A stretch of DNA of 64,000 nucleotides from the NCBI GenBank assembly GCA_030390025.1, contig JASTWF010000342.1, forward strand, positions 372,001 to 436,000, in the 5' to 3' direction. Positions 36,733 to 48,813 of this stretch are shown one piece after another. Within the stretch, counting starts at the first letter, position 1. Every line of letters begins with the position of its first letter. Source of the DNA: Squalus acanthias. Its lineage: Eukaryota. Made by a program: the position numbers and the translations under genes. The notes under the pieces are model-generated. The model saw only the letters and a program-made list of their open reading frames with translations. It had not been told where the DNA came from and did not search any database.

Positions 36733-38001
36733 ATGAGCGCTTCCTCAACTGAGGTATATACCAGAAGAATGGGAACCATTTATTTCCTTTCCTCCTGGAC
36801 ATCAGATTTGGACAAAGACCAGCCGTGGCAGCAGCAGAACCCTGAACAACAGCAACACCAACTGCAGGAGCAACAGCAGGAGCTCCAAGCTGCTGCTCAC
36901 CCACCTGAAGCTGCACAGGCCAGAAGGCGCCAGCGCATGGAAGCACTTCGGCGCAGGAGATACCCCCAAAACAGGGTCTACAGACCGAGGATCAGCTACC
37001 TCAACATGACTGAGCAGCATTGCCAAAGGAGGCTCCGACATTCACGAGAGGTAGTGGGTGACATCTGCGCAATGCTGCAGCAAGAGCTGGAGCCCAGAGG
37101 AGCAGGTGGACAGCCCTTACTAGTGGCCGTCAAGGTCACCACCGCACTCAACTTTTTTGCTTCAGGCTCATTCCAGGGATCAGCAGCAGACATCAGCGGC
37201 GTCTCCCAGGCGGCCACACACACTTGCATCATGCAGGTAACCGATGCCCTCTTTGCCATCGCTCATAATTACATCAATTTCTCCAAGGATCAAGCCAGTG
37301 TAACTGCGCGTGCGGTTGGATTTGACAATCTGGCAGGCTTTCCAAGGGTGCAGGGCGTCGTTGACTGCACACATGTGGCCCTTAAGGCACCCCATCACAA
37401 TCCAGGTATTTTTGTCAACCGCAAGGGCTTCCACTCCCTCAACGTACAGCTGGTGTGTGACCACAAGAAGGAAATTTTGCATGTTTGCGCCAAGTACCCT
37501 GGCAGTTGCCATGACTCCTTCATCCTGCGCCAGTCTAGTGTGCCTCCGCTCTTCAGTCCACCAGACCAACTTTTCGGATGGCTACTTGGAGACAAGGGCT
37601 ATCCCCTGAAGACGTGGCTAATGACACCGTTGAGGAGCCCATCCAATGAAGCTGAGGAGCGCTACAACTCCAGCCACATTTCCACCAGATCCATAATTGA
37701 ACAAACCATCAGCTTGCTGAAGATGCGCTTCAGATGCCTGGATAGATCAGGTGGAGCTCTGCAGTACTCAGCAGCCAGGGTCTCCAGAATGGTTGTGGGC
37801 TGCTGTGCACTTCACAACATGGCACTGCATCATGGCTTGCAGATGCCTGAGGAACAAGTGGCTCATCACATAGCCTCCTCAGATGAGGAGGAGAGCGACA
37901 ACGAACAGCTTGCAGAGGCGCATCAACCAGCGGCAGCAGTATGCGAGCACATTGCTGCCTGGGATGCAAGGGACGCTCTCATCTTGGCCAGATTTGCTTA
38001 G
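36733..38001 (+). CDS. Harbinger (HARBI1-like DDE_Tnp_4) transposase, uninterrupted ORF (422 aa; 410 aa from the ATG at 36769 shared with copy A)
   Basis: HTH region ([23 protein letters not shown]); catalytic motifs VVDCTH, PGSCHDS, GDKGYPL, IIEQT; ending CCALHN. Confidence 0.93.
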   Translation: MSASSTEVYTRRMGTIYFLSSWTSDLDKDQPWQQQNPEQQQHQLQEQQQELQAAAHPPEAAQARRRQRMEALRRRRYPQNRVYRPRISYLNMTEQHCQRRLRHSREVVGDICAMLQQELEPRGAGGQPLLVAVKVTTALNFFASGSFQGSAADISGVSQAATHTCIMQVTDALFAIAHNYINFSKDQASVTARAVGFDNLAGFPRVQGVVDCTHVALKAPHHNPGIFVNRKGFHSLNVQLVCDHKKEILHVCAKYPGSCHDSFILRQSSVPPLFSPPDQLFGWLLGDKGYPLKTWLMTPLRSPSNEAEERYNSSHISTRSIIEQTISLLKMRFRCLDRSGGALQYSAARVSRMVVGCCALHNMALHHGLQMPEEQVAHHIASSDEEESDNEQLAEAHQPAAAVCEHIAAWDARDALILARFA

Positions 38002-38249
38002 CCTAGACAATCAACCACTTTTGCCTCGCTGCTTCTTACCAGACCATCGACAATGGCCAAGAACCTGCGGATTCCTATCACTCGGACCACCATACTGACA
38101 ATTGCAAGTCACCCTAAGCCCTCAATGTGGAAGTCCCATTTGCGAAATGACACACGCCACAACTTCAACAGTTTGACATCAGCATTTTTTATCACAACAA
38201 GAAACTGATGGCATTTCAAAAATAAACACATGACACCCAAGTGACTACC

Positions 38250-41200
38250 CTTGTGACTACTTGTGCATTATCTTCCTCTTACACATGCTCCTACGTGGTG
38301 CTTCCCCTGTGGCTTCAGCAGATGTGGAGGCCCCTTGCTCACTTTCTTGCTGCACCTGCCTGTAAAGTTTCGCAATTATCGCGATTCAAAATAACACAAG
38401 AGAAGCAGATTCGTTTGATCAGTTTTATTAAACGAAATGCTGTCCTGATAATAAAGGACACAGAAGCCTGTAAAATGGCCGCCGCGCATCGTGGCAGAAG
38501 CTTCCAGAGACACAGTGGGCAGACAAAATGGCGTCGAATATACATTTAGTATAAGATTGGATCATACTCGGTAAACATTGATAAAGACAGGATGCAACCC
38601 GTTTGCATTTGGAACAATAGCAAAGATATAAGTGCTGGAATCATTTTCCATGCACAAGTAAGGACCATTGTACTGGGCAATCGAAGGCCCATCCAGACAC
38701 ATCAATACACAAATACCCCCCCGGCTCTACAATGAGAGAGACATTGACGGGTGATTAAGCAAGTATTCGGGGGCCCCCAAAACCAGTCAGGGAGACGATT
38801 TGTACACATCCTGGCTGGGTCAACAATGGGGAAAAACATTAACGGATAGTTGGCCAGTTTCAGGTGCTACCGAAACCCGTTAAAGAAGACAACCGCCCCA
38901 TGCTGGGAGTTTTGTGCGCCAATATTACACAAATAACAAACATTAAGATTTGAGCGGGAGATAAGGGAACACAGCACTATAACTATAGTGAACAAATGTC
39001 CATCGGTCTCTTGATTCGACTCTTATTCTCCCGGGTGGCTCTTATCTCTGCTTTTTTTTTTGACTCGCTCGATCGCTGGCTGAAGCTCTTCTTTAGGGCT
39101 GGACTTTGTTGACTCTTGACTCTTAGCCGTACTGGTCGGTTATTCGAATGTTGGGTGGAGCTCACTCGGAACGAGCCGCCCCGACAAGGGCAAGTAACAG
39201 GGTGCACCATCCCGAGTGTCGGTAAACGGTGTCTGGACCCGAAGGCCCGAAGAGACGAGACGAGACGAGAAGAAGAGGAGAAGAATCCATGTGCCGCCAC
39301 GGTCAGTAAACCCCGACCACGCCCGAAAATATAAATAAAGAACTTTTCATTGAAGTCTACCGACAACCGGTGTCGAGCACAGGAAGACTCTTCTTTGAAC
39401 TGTGTCCGAGTTCTGTCAAGTTCTTCATGACAACAGGGAGTCTGGCCTGCTTGTCGCAGCAGCGAAAATAAACAAGTGGGGTACAGAGACCCTTCCAAAC
39501 ACGTGTCAGTCAGGCGCTGCAGCGAAACGAGCCGAGTGCCTCACTTTAAAATTCTCCGAAGTAACACGAGTGGTGAGCATGTTTTACGATCCTACAAATC
39601 TAGACGTAGTGTAGGTATTGTTAAGGGAGGGTGGTTATTAAGGTTAAAGTATAATGTGTTCCCCTTTTTACGATGTGCCGTGCGTTCTTCATTTCCGTAG
39701 ACCAAGCTTTATGAATGTATGTATACTTGTACTCTCGTTAATTTGCACCTATGACATGTACTTCATGATTTTGGACGCTATGCAATAAAGATTTCCATTT
39801 CGTACTATTCAACCGGGTCTATTTGAGTTTTCTCTGCATTACTGCTCCCTGCACCTAAGTCCAGTGTTAGAACCGTAAGGGCGAGTGGGTCGAACCACTC
39901 ACAGGTGATTATTGCGAAAAAGGCAGGCCGGAGACCAGAGCAAGCAATAGCATTAGGCAACGAAGGCCTAACCTCGCACCAGCACCGTCTCTGAGAGACA
40001 CGTCCAAACCCTTACATGCCTCGACACCTTTGGCGGGCATCCTCTGGGGTTGTGAGCCTGTGAGGGCTCGGCAACAGTCTGCTGCTCCTGCGGCTGTGCA
40101 GGGGTTGAGACGCCGATCTCAGTTGGGTGGGGACTCTGGTGGCGCTCTGACTGAGGGCTCTGCAGTGGCATGGTCGTGTGAGCGCTTGGAGAGGAGCCCC
40201 CACTTCCTTGTTGTCTGCCACCAGCATCCCTCTCATGGGTCAGCCCCACTTCAGACCTAGCAAGTGGCTGGACAGCCCCTTTCTGCACTTCAGGGGGGCC
40301 ATGAGGACCCGTTTCTGTGCTGGAAGTCCTACTCCAGAGGACTTCCATGAAGGTCTGGTTTCTCTGCTCCTCAAGAGATGTCAGTCTATTCCGAACAATT
40401 ACCATGTTTTCACGACCCTGGCAACTAAGCTCCTCCATGGCCATAGCCATCCTCTCCTCTACGGTAGCCATCCTTTCCACGAAGGTTGCCATCCTTTCCG
40501 TGGTGATGCGTTCATGCGCCAACGCCTCCACAAAGGCTCTGCTCATGTTAGCGATGGACTCCTCCATTCACTCCACACTCGCAGCGACCCTGGAGACAAA
40601 ACCTGCCAGAGACTCCTGCACCTGTTCCTGGAGTTCCAGCACTGCTCTTCTTCTGGATGGACCCGGAGACACAGGGTCGACATGCAGCTGAGCCGAGCTG
40701 GCAGAGTCCTGTGCCCTCCGATGAGGACTCTCCACTGCTGTCCCTGTCTCCACCATCTGCTGATGCTCACTTGTGAGCTGTGATACACCAGGTGACAACA
40801 CTACACTATCTCGCGCAGTTCCCACCGAGGTGTGTGTCTGCGCTGGTGCTGGGTGCGCTGAATTCTGCTGACGCTATGCCTTCAAAGGTTGCAGCTTCCT
40901 CTGAGGAGTCTTGAAGCTCAGGCTCTTCCTCTTGGACAGTGGGGACGGGGGCTGTCGATGGTCTTGTGGGGCAGTAAAGGAAATAGTTGGAGATGTGAGG
41001 TAAAGTTTGCACGCACATTGAATTGTACAGATGATCATAAGTCAATCTGTTAGACCTTCAGAATCATTATCAGTTACTCATGCAATGTCAATGAGAGAGA
41101 TGCAAAACTATTCTGTCACCAGCTTGCTGTGATGCACCCATCTGTCCGTCCCCCACTTGCACATCCTCCTCCACTCCCACAATCTCCAGGGCCGCCTCCT

Positions 41201-41861
41201 CCGCAGTGGTGAGCTGGGCTACTGAGGGTGGCCCTCCTCCTGTCCTTGCCCTCTCCCTCTTATTGTGGGCTCTCTTTTCCTGCAATGAGGGACACAAGTG
41301 GAGTTTGAGTGAGAATGAAGGAGTGAGTGTAGAGATTCCATAGCATAGATGCTTAGAAGGAGACAAAGATGGAGGTGAGGTGCCAAGACCAAGGGCCCTC
41401 CATGTGTGTTGTAAGTTGTTGTAATAGCATCACAGCGATAGGGTGTGTGAGGGCTGCATTATCAAATAGTTAAGTGAATGTGAACATACAGAGAGAGGGA
41501 ATGGGTAAGGGTGCAGGGATGTCTGTCAAGTGGGATGTGGAGGAAGAGGTTGGCAAAGCTGAGTGCTGGTGAGGAGAGGCGATGGGGATCAGATTGAGGG
41601 TGATGGGAAAGTCATACTCACTTTTCCTGTGCGGAGAAAGTCATGAAACCTCTTCCTGCACTGCAGCCAGGTTCTGCGGCACATAGACATTGAGTTGACC
41701 TCCTGGGCCACTTGCATCCACACAGCTTTAATCTGCTGGGGAGGCTTTTTCCTCCCCGAGGAAGGGAAGAGCACCTCCTTATTTGATCTTGCTCCCTCCA
41801 CCAGAGCTTGCAGGGCGGCATCATCGAACCGTGGAGCACACTTTGGCCTACTGCTGGACAT
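38250..41861 (-). pseudogene. Myb/SANT-like partner gene of copy C, 3 exons (41861-41622, 41279-41120, ~40963-~38250), disrupted
   Basis: Exon 1 is 80 aa, PRFDDAALQALV..W..VAQEVNS..RTWLQCRKRFHDF. The exon 3 acceptor is CAA (CAG in copy A). Frameshift near 40830, TGA at 40568-40570, LTR insertion. Confidence 0.88.
38361..40016 (+). mobile_element. Solo LTR (1656 bp) of an LTR retrotransposon or endogenous retrovirus
   Basis: Ends TGTAA...TTACA; exact 4-bp TSD TGCC; AATAAA at 39784; removing it restores sequence colinear with copy A (2695-2735). Confidence 0.9.
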
Positions 41862-42717
41862 ATTTGCTGAATGAAGCGATCACAACAATGGCCATAAAGT
41901 TTGCAGTCTCCAGAAGAAGCAAGGCTGCTTGCAGGCCTTAAATCCAGCAGCACTGATGACATCATCGGAGGCGACTTTCAGGATGGAAAGACTCATTGGG
42001 CCAGGGGTTCCCACACACTGGAAATCAAGTGCCCAATTAGGGGAGAATCGCACTTTTTTCCCACTTCACATCGGAGTCGGGTTCCTGACACGAAAACCAC
42101 CTGACACGCCCCCAGGCCGCCCCAATGGAAAATCCAGCCCATTGAGTACAAAAGTAGAGAATTTATGCTGAACGTTTATAAAGCGCTGGTTAGGCCATAA
42201 CTGGAGTATTGCGACCAGTTCTGGTCACCACACTTTAGGAAGCCCTTGAGAGAGTCCAGATGAGATTTACCATAATGGTTCCGGGGCTGGGGGATCTAAG
42301 TTATAAGGACAGGTTGGAGAAGCTGGATTTGATTTCATTAGAGCAAAGGAGGTTGTGGGGTGATTTGATAGAGGTGTACAAGATTATGACGGGTTTGGAT
42401 AGGCTAGACGGGGAAAGGCTGTTCCTACAAGGACTAGGGGACACAGATTTAAGGTTTTGGGCAAGAGATACAGGAGGGATGTGAGGAAAAACCCTTTTAT
42501 GCAGCAAGTGGTGAGGACCTTGAACTCGCTGCCGACGGAAGTGGTGGAAGTGGAGACACTCAATATTTTCAAGGGGAGACCGGATAGGCACTTAAGGGAA
42601 ATAAACTTGCAGGGATACGGGGATAGAGCGGAGGAATGGGACTGACTGAATTGCTCTACAGAGAGCCGGCATGGACTCGATGGGCCGAATGACCTCCTTC
42701 TGTGCCTCTATGACTCT

Positions 42718-44830
42718 ATAACATAATGGCAGTGGAATAAAGCAACACAGCCATCAGTAAGACAGAACTAGAATCCATGTGGATAGGGATAAGAGATTTT
42801 TTAAAAAGGATCAATCACACTAATAGGGGTAGTCTACAGACCACCTAATAGTGGAAGGGAGGTGGAGGAAGAAATGTGCAAACAAATAGGGAAATGAGTA
42901 ACAAACATAGAATAATAATCATGGGGGATTTCAACTACCCCGAAATTAATTGACAGAGAAGGTAGGTAAAGAGGATAAGGGAATGGAGTTCCTAAAATGT
43001 GTACAGGACTCCTTTCCAACCCAGTATAAAAGAGTCTAACAAGGGAGGATTCACTACTGGACCAGGTCATGGGGAATGAATCAGAGCAGATAAGAGATGT
43101 CAAATTAGGGGAACATCTAGGCAATCGTGACAATATAGTTTTGGATAATAATTGAGAAGGACAGAAGCATAACGAAGACCAGGGTGATAGATTGGAGAAA
43201 AGCTGATTTTAAGTGGCTGAGAAGAGAACTTGGGAAAATAAAATGAACAACAATATTGGCAAGCAATGATGTAGAACTACAGTGTGAAACATTTAAAACG
43301 ATGTTCAACAGAGCTCAGGAAAATATATATTTTGCTAAAAAACAAGAACAAACTAAACACCAATGAGGCACCATGGATGAATAAAAGGGAAGAATTGAGG
43401 GTGAGGAAAGGGACTTACACTAAGTAAATGGATAGCAGAGGAGAGCATGACAAGGGAGAATACGAAGAGATTAGGAGAGGCGTCAAAAAGCAATTAAAAA
43501 GGCAAAGAGGAGCTATGAAATTAAATTATCAAGGAACAAAACAAAATAGTAAAATATTCTACAGGCAAATAAATAAAAAAAAGGAAAGTCGGGATTGGAA
43601 TAGGGCTACTAAGGGACGGTCAGGATAAAATCATAGGCAGCGATAGCGAAATGGCAGAAATACTAAATAATTATTTTGCTTCAGTATTTACCAGGGAGAC
43701 AGATCAGGTGGACATGACATTGAAAGATGAGATGAGAAATGATATAACTGCATTTAAAATAAAAAGAGGAGAAATATTAAATAAAGTAATCAAACTCAAA
43801 GAGGATTAAACAAAAAACCCTGGTTTGGATGGGTTGCATAGAATCAGTGCATTTTAAAAGAATCTAGGGAAGAGATAGCAGACGTACTATTACAGATATT
43901 TAATAATTTGTTAGAAAAAGGTGTAGTGCTATATTTAAGAAGGAAGATAGAACACGTCCAAGGAACTATAGACCAGTCAGTTTAACATCAGTAGTAAGAA
44001 AAATAACAGAATCCCTACTAAAGGAGAAAATAGAAAAACATTTAAAAATCAAAAATATGATACCGAAAATCAACATAGATTTCAAAAGGGAAAAGGGAAA
44101 TTATTTGAAGAGGTAACAGAGAGAGTAGAGGAGCAAAGAGATCTGGGAGTACAAATGCACAAATCACTAAAAGTTGTGACACAGGTCAATAAGGCCATAA
44201 TAAAAGCAAACCAGGCACTAGGGTTTATTTCTAGAGGGATAGAATTGAAAAGTAGAGAAGTTATGCTAAACTTGTATTGAACCTCAGTTAGACCACATTT
44301 GGAGTATAGCGTATAATTCTGGTCGCCATATTTTAAGAAGGATATAGAGGCAGTGGAGAGAGTACAGAAATGATTTACAAGGATGATACCAGAACTGCAA
44401 GGCTATCAGGAAATGATGAACAGGCTGGGTCTCTTTTCTCTTTAAAAGAGAAGGCTGAGGGGTGACCTAATAGAGGTCTTTAAAATAATGAAAGGTTTTG
44501 ATAGAGTAGACACAGAGAGAGTGGTTCCACTTGTGGGGAAGAGTAAAACTAAAGGGCATCAACATAAGATAGTCACCAAGAAATCAAATAGGGAATTCAG
44601 AAGAAACTGCTTTACCCAGAGAGTGGTGAGAATGTGGAACTTGCTACCACAGGGAGTGGTTGAAGCAAATAGTATAGATGCATTTAAGCGGAAGCTAGAT
44701 AAGCATATGAGGGAGAAGGGAATAGAGGGTTATGCTGATAGGGTTAGATGAGCAAGAATGAGAGGAGACTCGAGTGGAGCATATACGCCGGCATGGACTG
44801 GTTGGGCTGAATGGCCTGTTTCTGTGCTTA
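42718..44830 (+). mobile_element. Old CR1 LINE (mid-APE to 3' UTR) with RT core deleted
   Basis: Degenerate YRPPNS, IMGDFN, NYRPVSLTS and FTQRVVRMWN; same family as 60471..62692. Confidence 0.88.
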
Positions 44831-45057
44831 TGTTCTCTGTAATTCTATGTATGGAATTCCATTGAACACAACTTAAAGACAGTAAAATAAAATAAATGTT
44901 TTCATAGTTTTGCTAAAAATCAGGAACAAAAATATTACTTAGGAATGTACTAATATGCTCATTTCTAATAACGCGATTGTCATTTTAACTCATGTGTGTA
45001 AAGCAGTCCCTCTTTAAACTCTAGTATACCTTGTGGGGTTATAGTGTTGAACTTATG

Positions 45058-45609
45058 TGGGGGAATTTTTGACCTCCGCTTGTATGCCCAAAGCTGGCAT
45101 CGTGAGGCCTGAAACAATTTTGTGTCCGGGCCTCATATGAAAGTAGTTGATGAGCTGCGGGTGCCGACGCATTCTCCGTTGCAGCTTATCAGTTGTGGGA
45201 GGGTGGAAAATTGGCTGTCTCCTATGCTGATTTGATCAGCAGGTCGGGCCTGAAAGGGGTGGTGGAGTGAATCTTGTAGGGAAGGAGAGCACAGGCCGGG
45301 AGCAGACCACAATATTTTTGGGAGGCCAGGAGGAGCGGGTGTTTCATCAAGTGCCCACCGCCACTGGTTAGGCCACTCAACGCCTGGTAAAACACTCCAT
45401 CCATTTGTACTTGAATATTGCAATTTGCAAATATAAGCAGCCTCCTGGCCAAATATAAGCTGCTTGCCTTTTACAGGCCCACCTGAAAACTGCATCAGGC
45501 AAGCCTTTGACATCCATGCAGCGGACAAGGTATCCCCATCTGATTTTCGACTGCCGGTCACCCTTCCTTCAGGCAAGAAACGGGGAGCCAGCAGTTGGAA
45601 ATCTCCCCC
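45058..45609. mobile_element. Harbinger-type non-autonomous element
   Basis: GGGGGAATTT ... AAATCTCCCCC flanked by ATG/ATG; interior resembles 6950-7240. Confidence 0.55.
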
Positions 45610-46739
45610 ATGTTCTCTTGACAGGATTTAGTTAACAAATCTCTCGCCTACATGTCATTAATCCCCTTCATTACCTTGAGGACCTGCATCATTTCACCTC
45701 AGTTTCCCACTGTGTATAATTTGAACTCCTTTGCATTTATCTTCCTGACAAAGTGACTTGAGGCTGGGAATCAGCCTTGTTGCTCTTCATTGCACCATTT
45801 CAAGTGTGTTGATGTTATTCTGGAGATGAAGTGACCAACATTAGATAGATAAAGTAGTTAAATTTGCTGTCTCTAGTGAGCTGTTTACAGTTTTGCATTC
45901 ACTTACCACCCAAGCAGGAACACTGCAAATTTTGTTGAGCTGCTGCTCAATTCTCTGCCAGCCATAAGTTCAAGATATCCAATCAGAACTTAGTCAGGAT
46001 TATTGAAATATATTGCCTCAGTGAGACACTTTACTTATGCTAATATGTTCTAATAAATGTCAACAAATATGACATCACACACTGGTGGTAGTAGAGACAC
46101 ACATTAGAATTGAGAAGGAGATATAATGGACTGCATTTCAAAGAACCAGAATTGTGTATTCTAATCAAACAACTCATAAAATTCATAATTACTTATTGTC
46201 GGACTAAACCTAGTCTACCCACTCCAAAAGGGTAAAAAGACATAGTGATGATGATCTCAAAATGGTAATAAGTTATTTTTGTAAATTTGAGGAATGCCAC
46301 CGGATTGCAGAATATGCATAAACAGTCTCAAAAATGTGGCAAGGAAGGCGGCTAAATTCAATTCTCAAAGGTCTAGAGAACGCTCAAGTCTCTCAGTTAC
46401 AAACAAAAGACCATCGATTGGCCAGAGAATTTTATAAGCAACACTATTCAAATTAGCCTCTGAGGGGAAAAAAAAGTTCATCCCCCAGAGTCCCTGCAAC
46501 GTGGATGGTTTAACATAATATTTACCTCAATCAGCCTGTTAATATTGCCTTTTCTCGAAAGAACACATAAAGTCAGTTGTAAATGCTACAGCTATAATTG
46601 ACCTCCATACATTATTGTCTGCCTGCTAGGCATCTGCAGTTCTTGTTAGTTTTTTCTTGTGCACCTGTGACTTGTGTCATAACTTGCATAATATAACTTT
46701 TTCCCAAAGGTACATTGTCTTCTTAGTAAACAACCACAA

Positions 46740-47330
46740 GGCAAAAGGGGTGAGGGGTTATGAGGATAGATACTGGGAGTATTTCCATTTGAGCAGAGAA
46801 AGCTAAGAAATTTAATACATGATTTTACAATTATGAAGGCTCTGATAGAGTGGGGGTGAAATTGGTCTTTGACAGTAGCACGAAAAATGCGATAGCAAAT
46901 CGGCAGCCCATTTTACATTTCACCCTATTTTCTTTTCCATTGAACGGGCTGTTAATTCGCTATTACTTGTTTCACGCTACCTTCGGAGACCCATTTCACC
47001 CTCAGTGAGCCAGGAAAGGAAATACTTTTTCTTCTGATTGGGAAGTCAGTGACAATTTAATACTGTCACTAAGAGAGTGAGGATAGAGGTAAGAGACATT
47101 TCTTCATGCAGACTGTTGAGGCATGGAATGCTTTGTCACAGGGAATAGTTGAGGCAGAGGCCATTGCATTGTTTAAGGGAAATTTGACTAGACCTTTGAA
47201 GCAGGGAAAATATGGGGTAATGGGGAGAGAGCAGTGCAGTAGGATTAATCTTGGATTGCTCCAGCAAAGAGCTGGCACAGGCAGATGGACTGAATAATCT
47301 CTTTCTGTGCTGCAAACGTTTATGATTCTG
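46740..47330 (+). mobile_element. Old CR1 3' relic split by a MITE
   Basis: VEAWNALSQGIVEAE..FKGNL motif and CR1-type 3' UTR. Confidence 0.7.
46852..47003. mobile_element. Palindromic Harbinger/Tourist-like MITE
   Basis: GGGGGTGAAATTGGTCT ... AGACCCATTTCACCCTC; exact AGT/AGT TSD; same family as 10440..10610. Confidence 0.88.
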
Positions 47331-48563
47331 TCTTGAGGTGGAGTTATCCACAGCCACTGAACAACTGCCTTCCAGAAAAAATAATCTACAGTGTGCTGCC
47401 AAGTAGCAAGAAGGCTTGCCACATTGCTAGATTATGCAGAGGACTTTCTCCTGAGGTACTGCAAATATCTGGGGTGGTCTCAGAAACAAACGTAGGTTAA
47501 TGCCACCCAGATGAGGCAGATATATACAAACATACAATGATGCCTTATGCAACATGATACAGACACTCCCTACATACCCAGAACTATGTAATCTACTCGG
47601 CAAGGTGAAAAAACAGATAAAAAACCAGGTTAATTCAGGAAAATAATATGGAAAATTCCTCTCCGGCCCCTTCAGTTGATCGAAACTAGTCCAGGAGACC
47701 GCATTGACTTATTACAGGGTACCTACCTCTTGTACGACGTAATCTCCGCCCCAGCCAGAAACTAGGCCATAATAACAACCCACCAACCCAGAGCTTTACA
47801 GAGGAGGATATGTGCCTGCTTAAGCAGTCCATTGATAGTGGCCATACCCAAGTGCATTCCAGGAGCACCCAGATGCATGGGTAGATTGCATAATATTATT
47901 AAGTTTGGCTGAGTTAAAACAGCAGAACAGACTGCTGCCAAACTAGAATGTACCACACAGTACTCCCTTGGGATATCTGACGACCTTCACACTAAGGTTT
48001 TGGAGCCAGCCTTCACTTCTGTTGTGACTGAGGTGCCCCTCCTCCATCGAAATTACTACATTATAGGGCGTCCTTTGATGGACAGATCCTCCCAAAAGCT
48101 TGGCACGCAGTTGTTGCTAAATCTTCAAAAAGAAATAGGCAAACAAGTTTCCACACTCTGATGGTGCAACCATATACAGGACACCACTTGTGTTTATTTT
48201 AAATCACATATTATTGTAGTATTGTACAGTAAACACTTTATAACAAAATGTCTCTTTTTAAATTCTCATGCAGTCAATTTTAGTTTTACTTCAGATAAAT
48301 TAGAATAATTACAATTGGTGGCATATTAGTTTTAGAGTGCAAGTGCATCATTTATTGCCCCATAATATTTTCCTAGTTGTTGCAGCAAATTAAGTTTTTT
48401 TTTCACTTGTGTCTCCATTATCATAATTTCCCCTTCCATGTCAGTCCCATCCTATTTCATATGCAGTGTGACACTTGAACACGGCTACTCTTTATCCTTA
48501 ATAACAACAGAAAACACTGGAAAAACTCAACAGGTCAGGCAGCATCCGTGGAGAGAGAAACAG

Positions 48564-48600
48564 AGTTAACGTTTCAGGTCGAAGATCTTTCGTCAGAACT
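48564..48600 (-). ncRNA. Minimal type I hammerhead ribozyme motif (one stem II mismatch)
   Basis: Reverse strand reads AGTT-CTGACGA-A-AGATC-TTC-GACCT-GAAA-CGTT-AACT. Confidence 0.65.
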
Positions 48601-48776
48601 GGAAAAAAGCAGGAAATGAAATAGATTTAAAGCAAGTATAAAGCTGGGAAAAGGGGGATGGGGATGAAAGAACAAAAGGACAATGTCTCTTAATCTCTCC
48701 TTTTGTTCTTTCATCCCCTCCCCCTTTTCCCAGCTTTATACTTGCTTTAAATCTATTTCATTTCCTGCTTTTTTCC

Positions 48777-48813
48777 AGTTCTGACGAAAGGTCTTCGACC
48801 TGAAACGTTAACT
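48777..48813 (+). ncRNA. Minimal type I hammerhead ribozyme motif
   Basis: AGTT (stem I), CTGACGA-A, AGGTC/TTC/GACCT (stem II), GAAA, palindromic ACGT stem III with GUU triplet, AACT (stem I'). Confidence 0.75.

Larger units (their letters stand above)
36253..42140 (+). mobile_element. PIF/Harbinger DNA transposon copy C (family 1), full length
   Basis: TIRs GGGCTCGATTTTGCCA and TGGAAAATCCAGCCC; exact ATT/ATT TSD; convergent transposase and Myb genes. Confidence 0.97.
36007..42717 (+). mobile_element. CR1 3' fragment split by Harbinger C (36007-36252 and 42141-42717)
   Basis: Removing the insertion and one ATT restores GFINRGIEYKSREFMLNVYKALVRP; (CTCTATGA)n tail. Confidence 0.9.

Noticed and set aside
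36733..38001. Calling the intact transposase the host gene HARBI1
   Set aside because: It sits between TIRs with a TSD inside a CR1 and has close degenerate paralogues in this window, so it is a transposon copy.
38983..39498. 171-aa ORF in the LTR as a retroviral accessory gene
   Set aside because: It is antisense to the inferred LTR orientation, has no recognisable motif and spans low-complexity GA repeats.
45900..48170. Several exon-like stretches in the less repetitive region (e.g. 45907-45990, 47955-48115)
   Set aside because: Splice sites are weak or unpaired and there is no recognisable homology; needs RNA-seq or tBLASTN.
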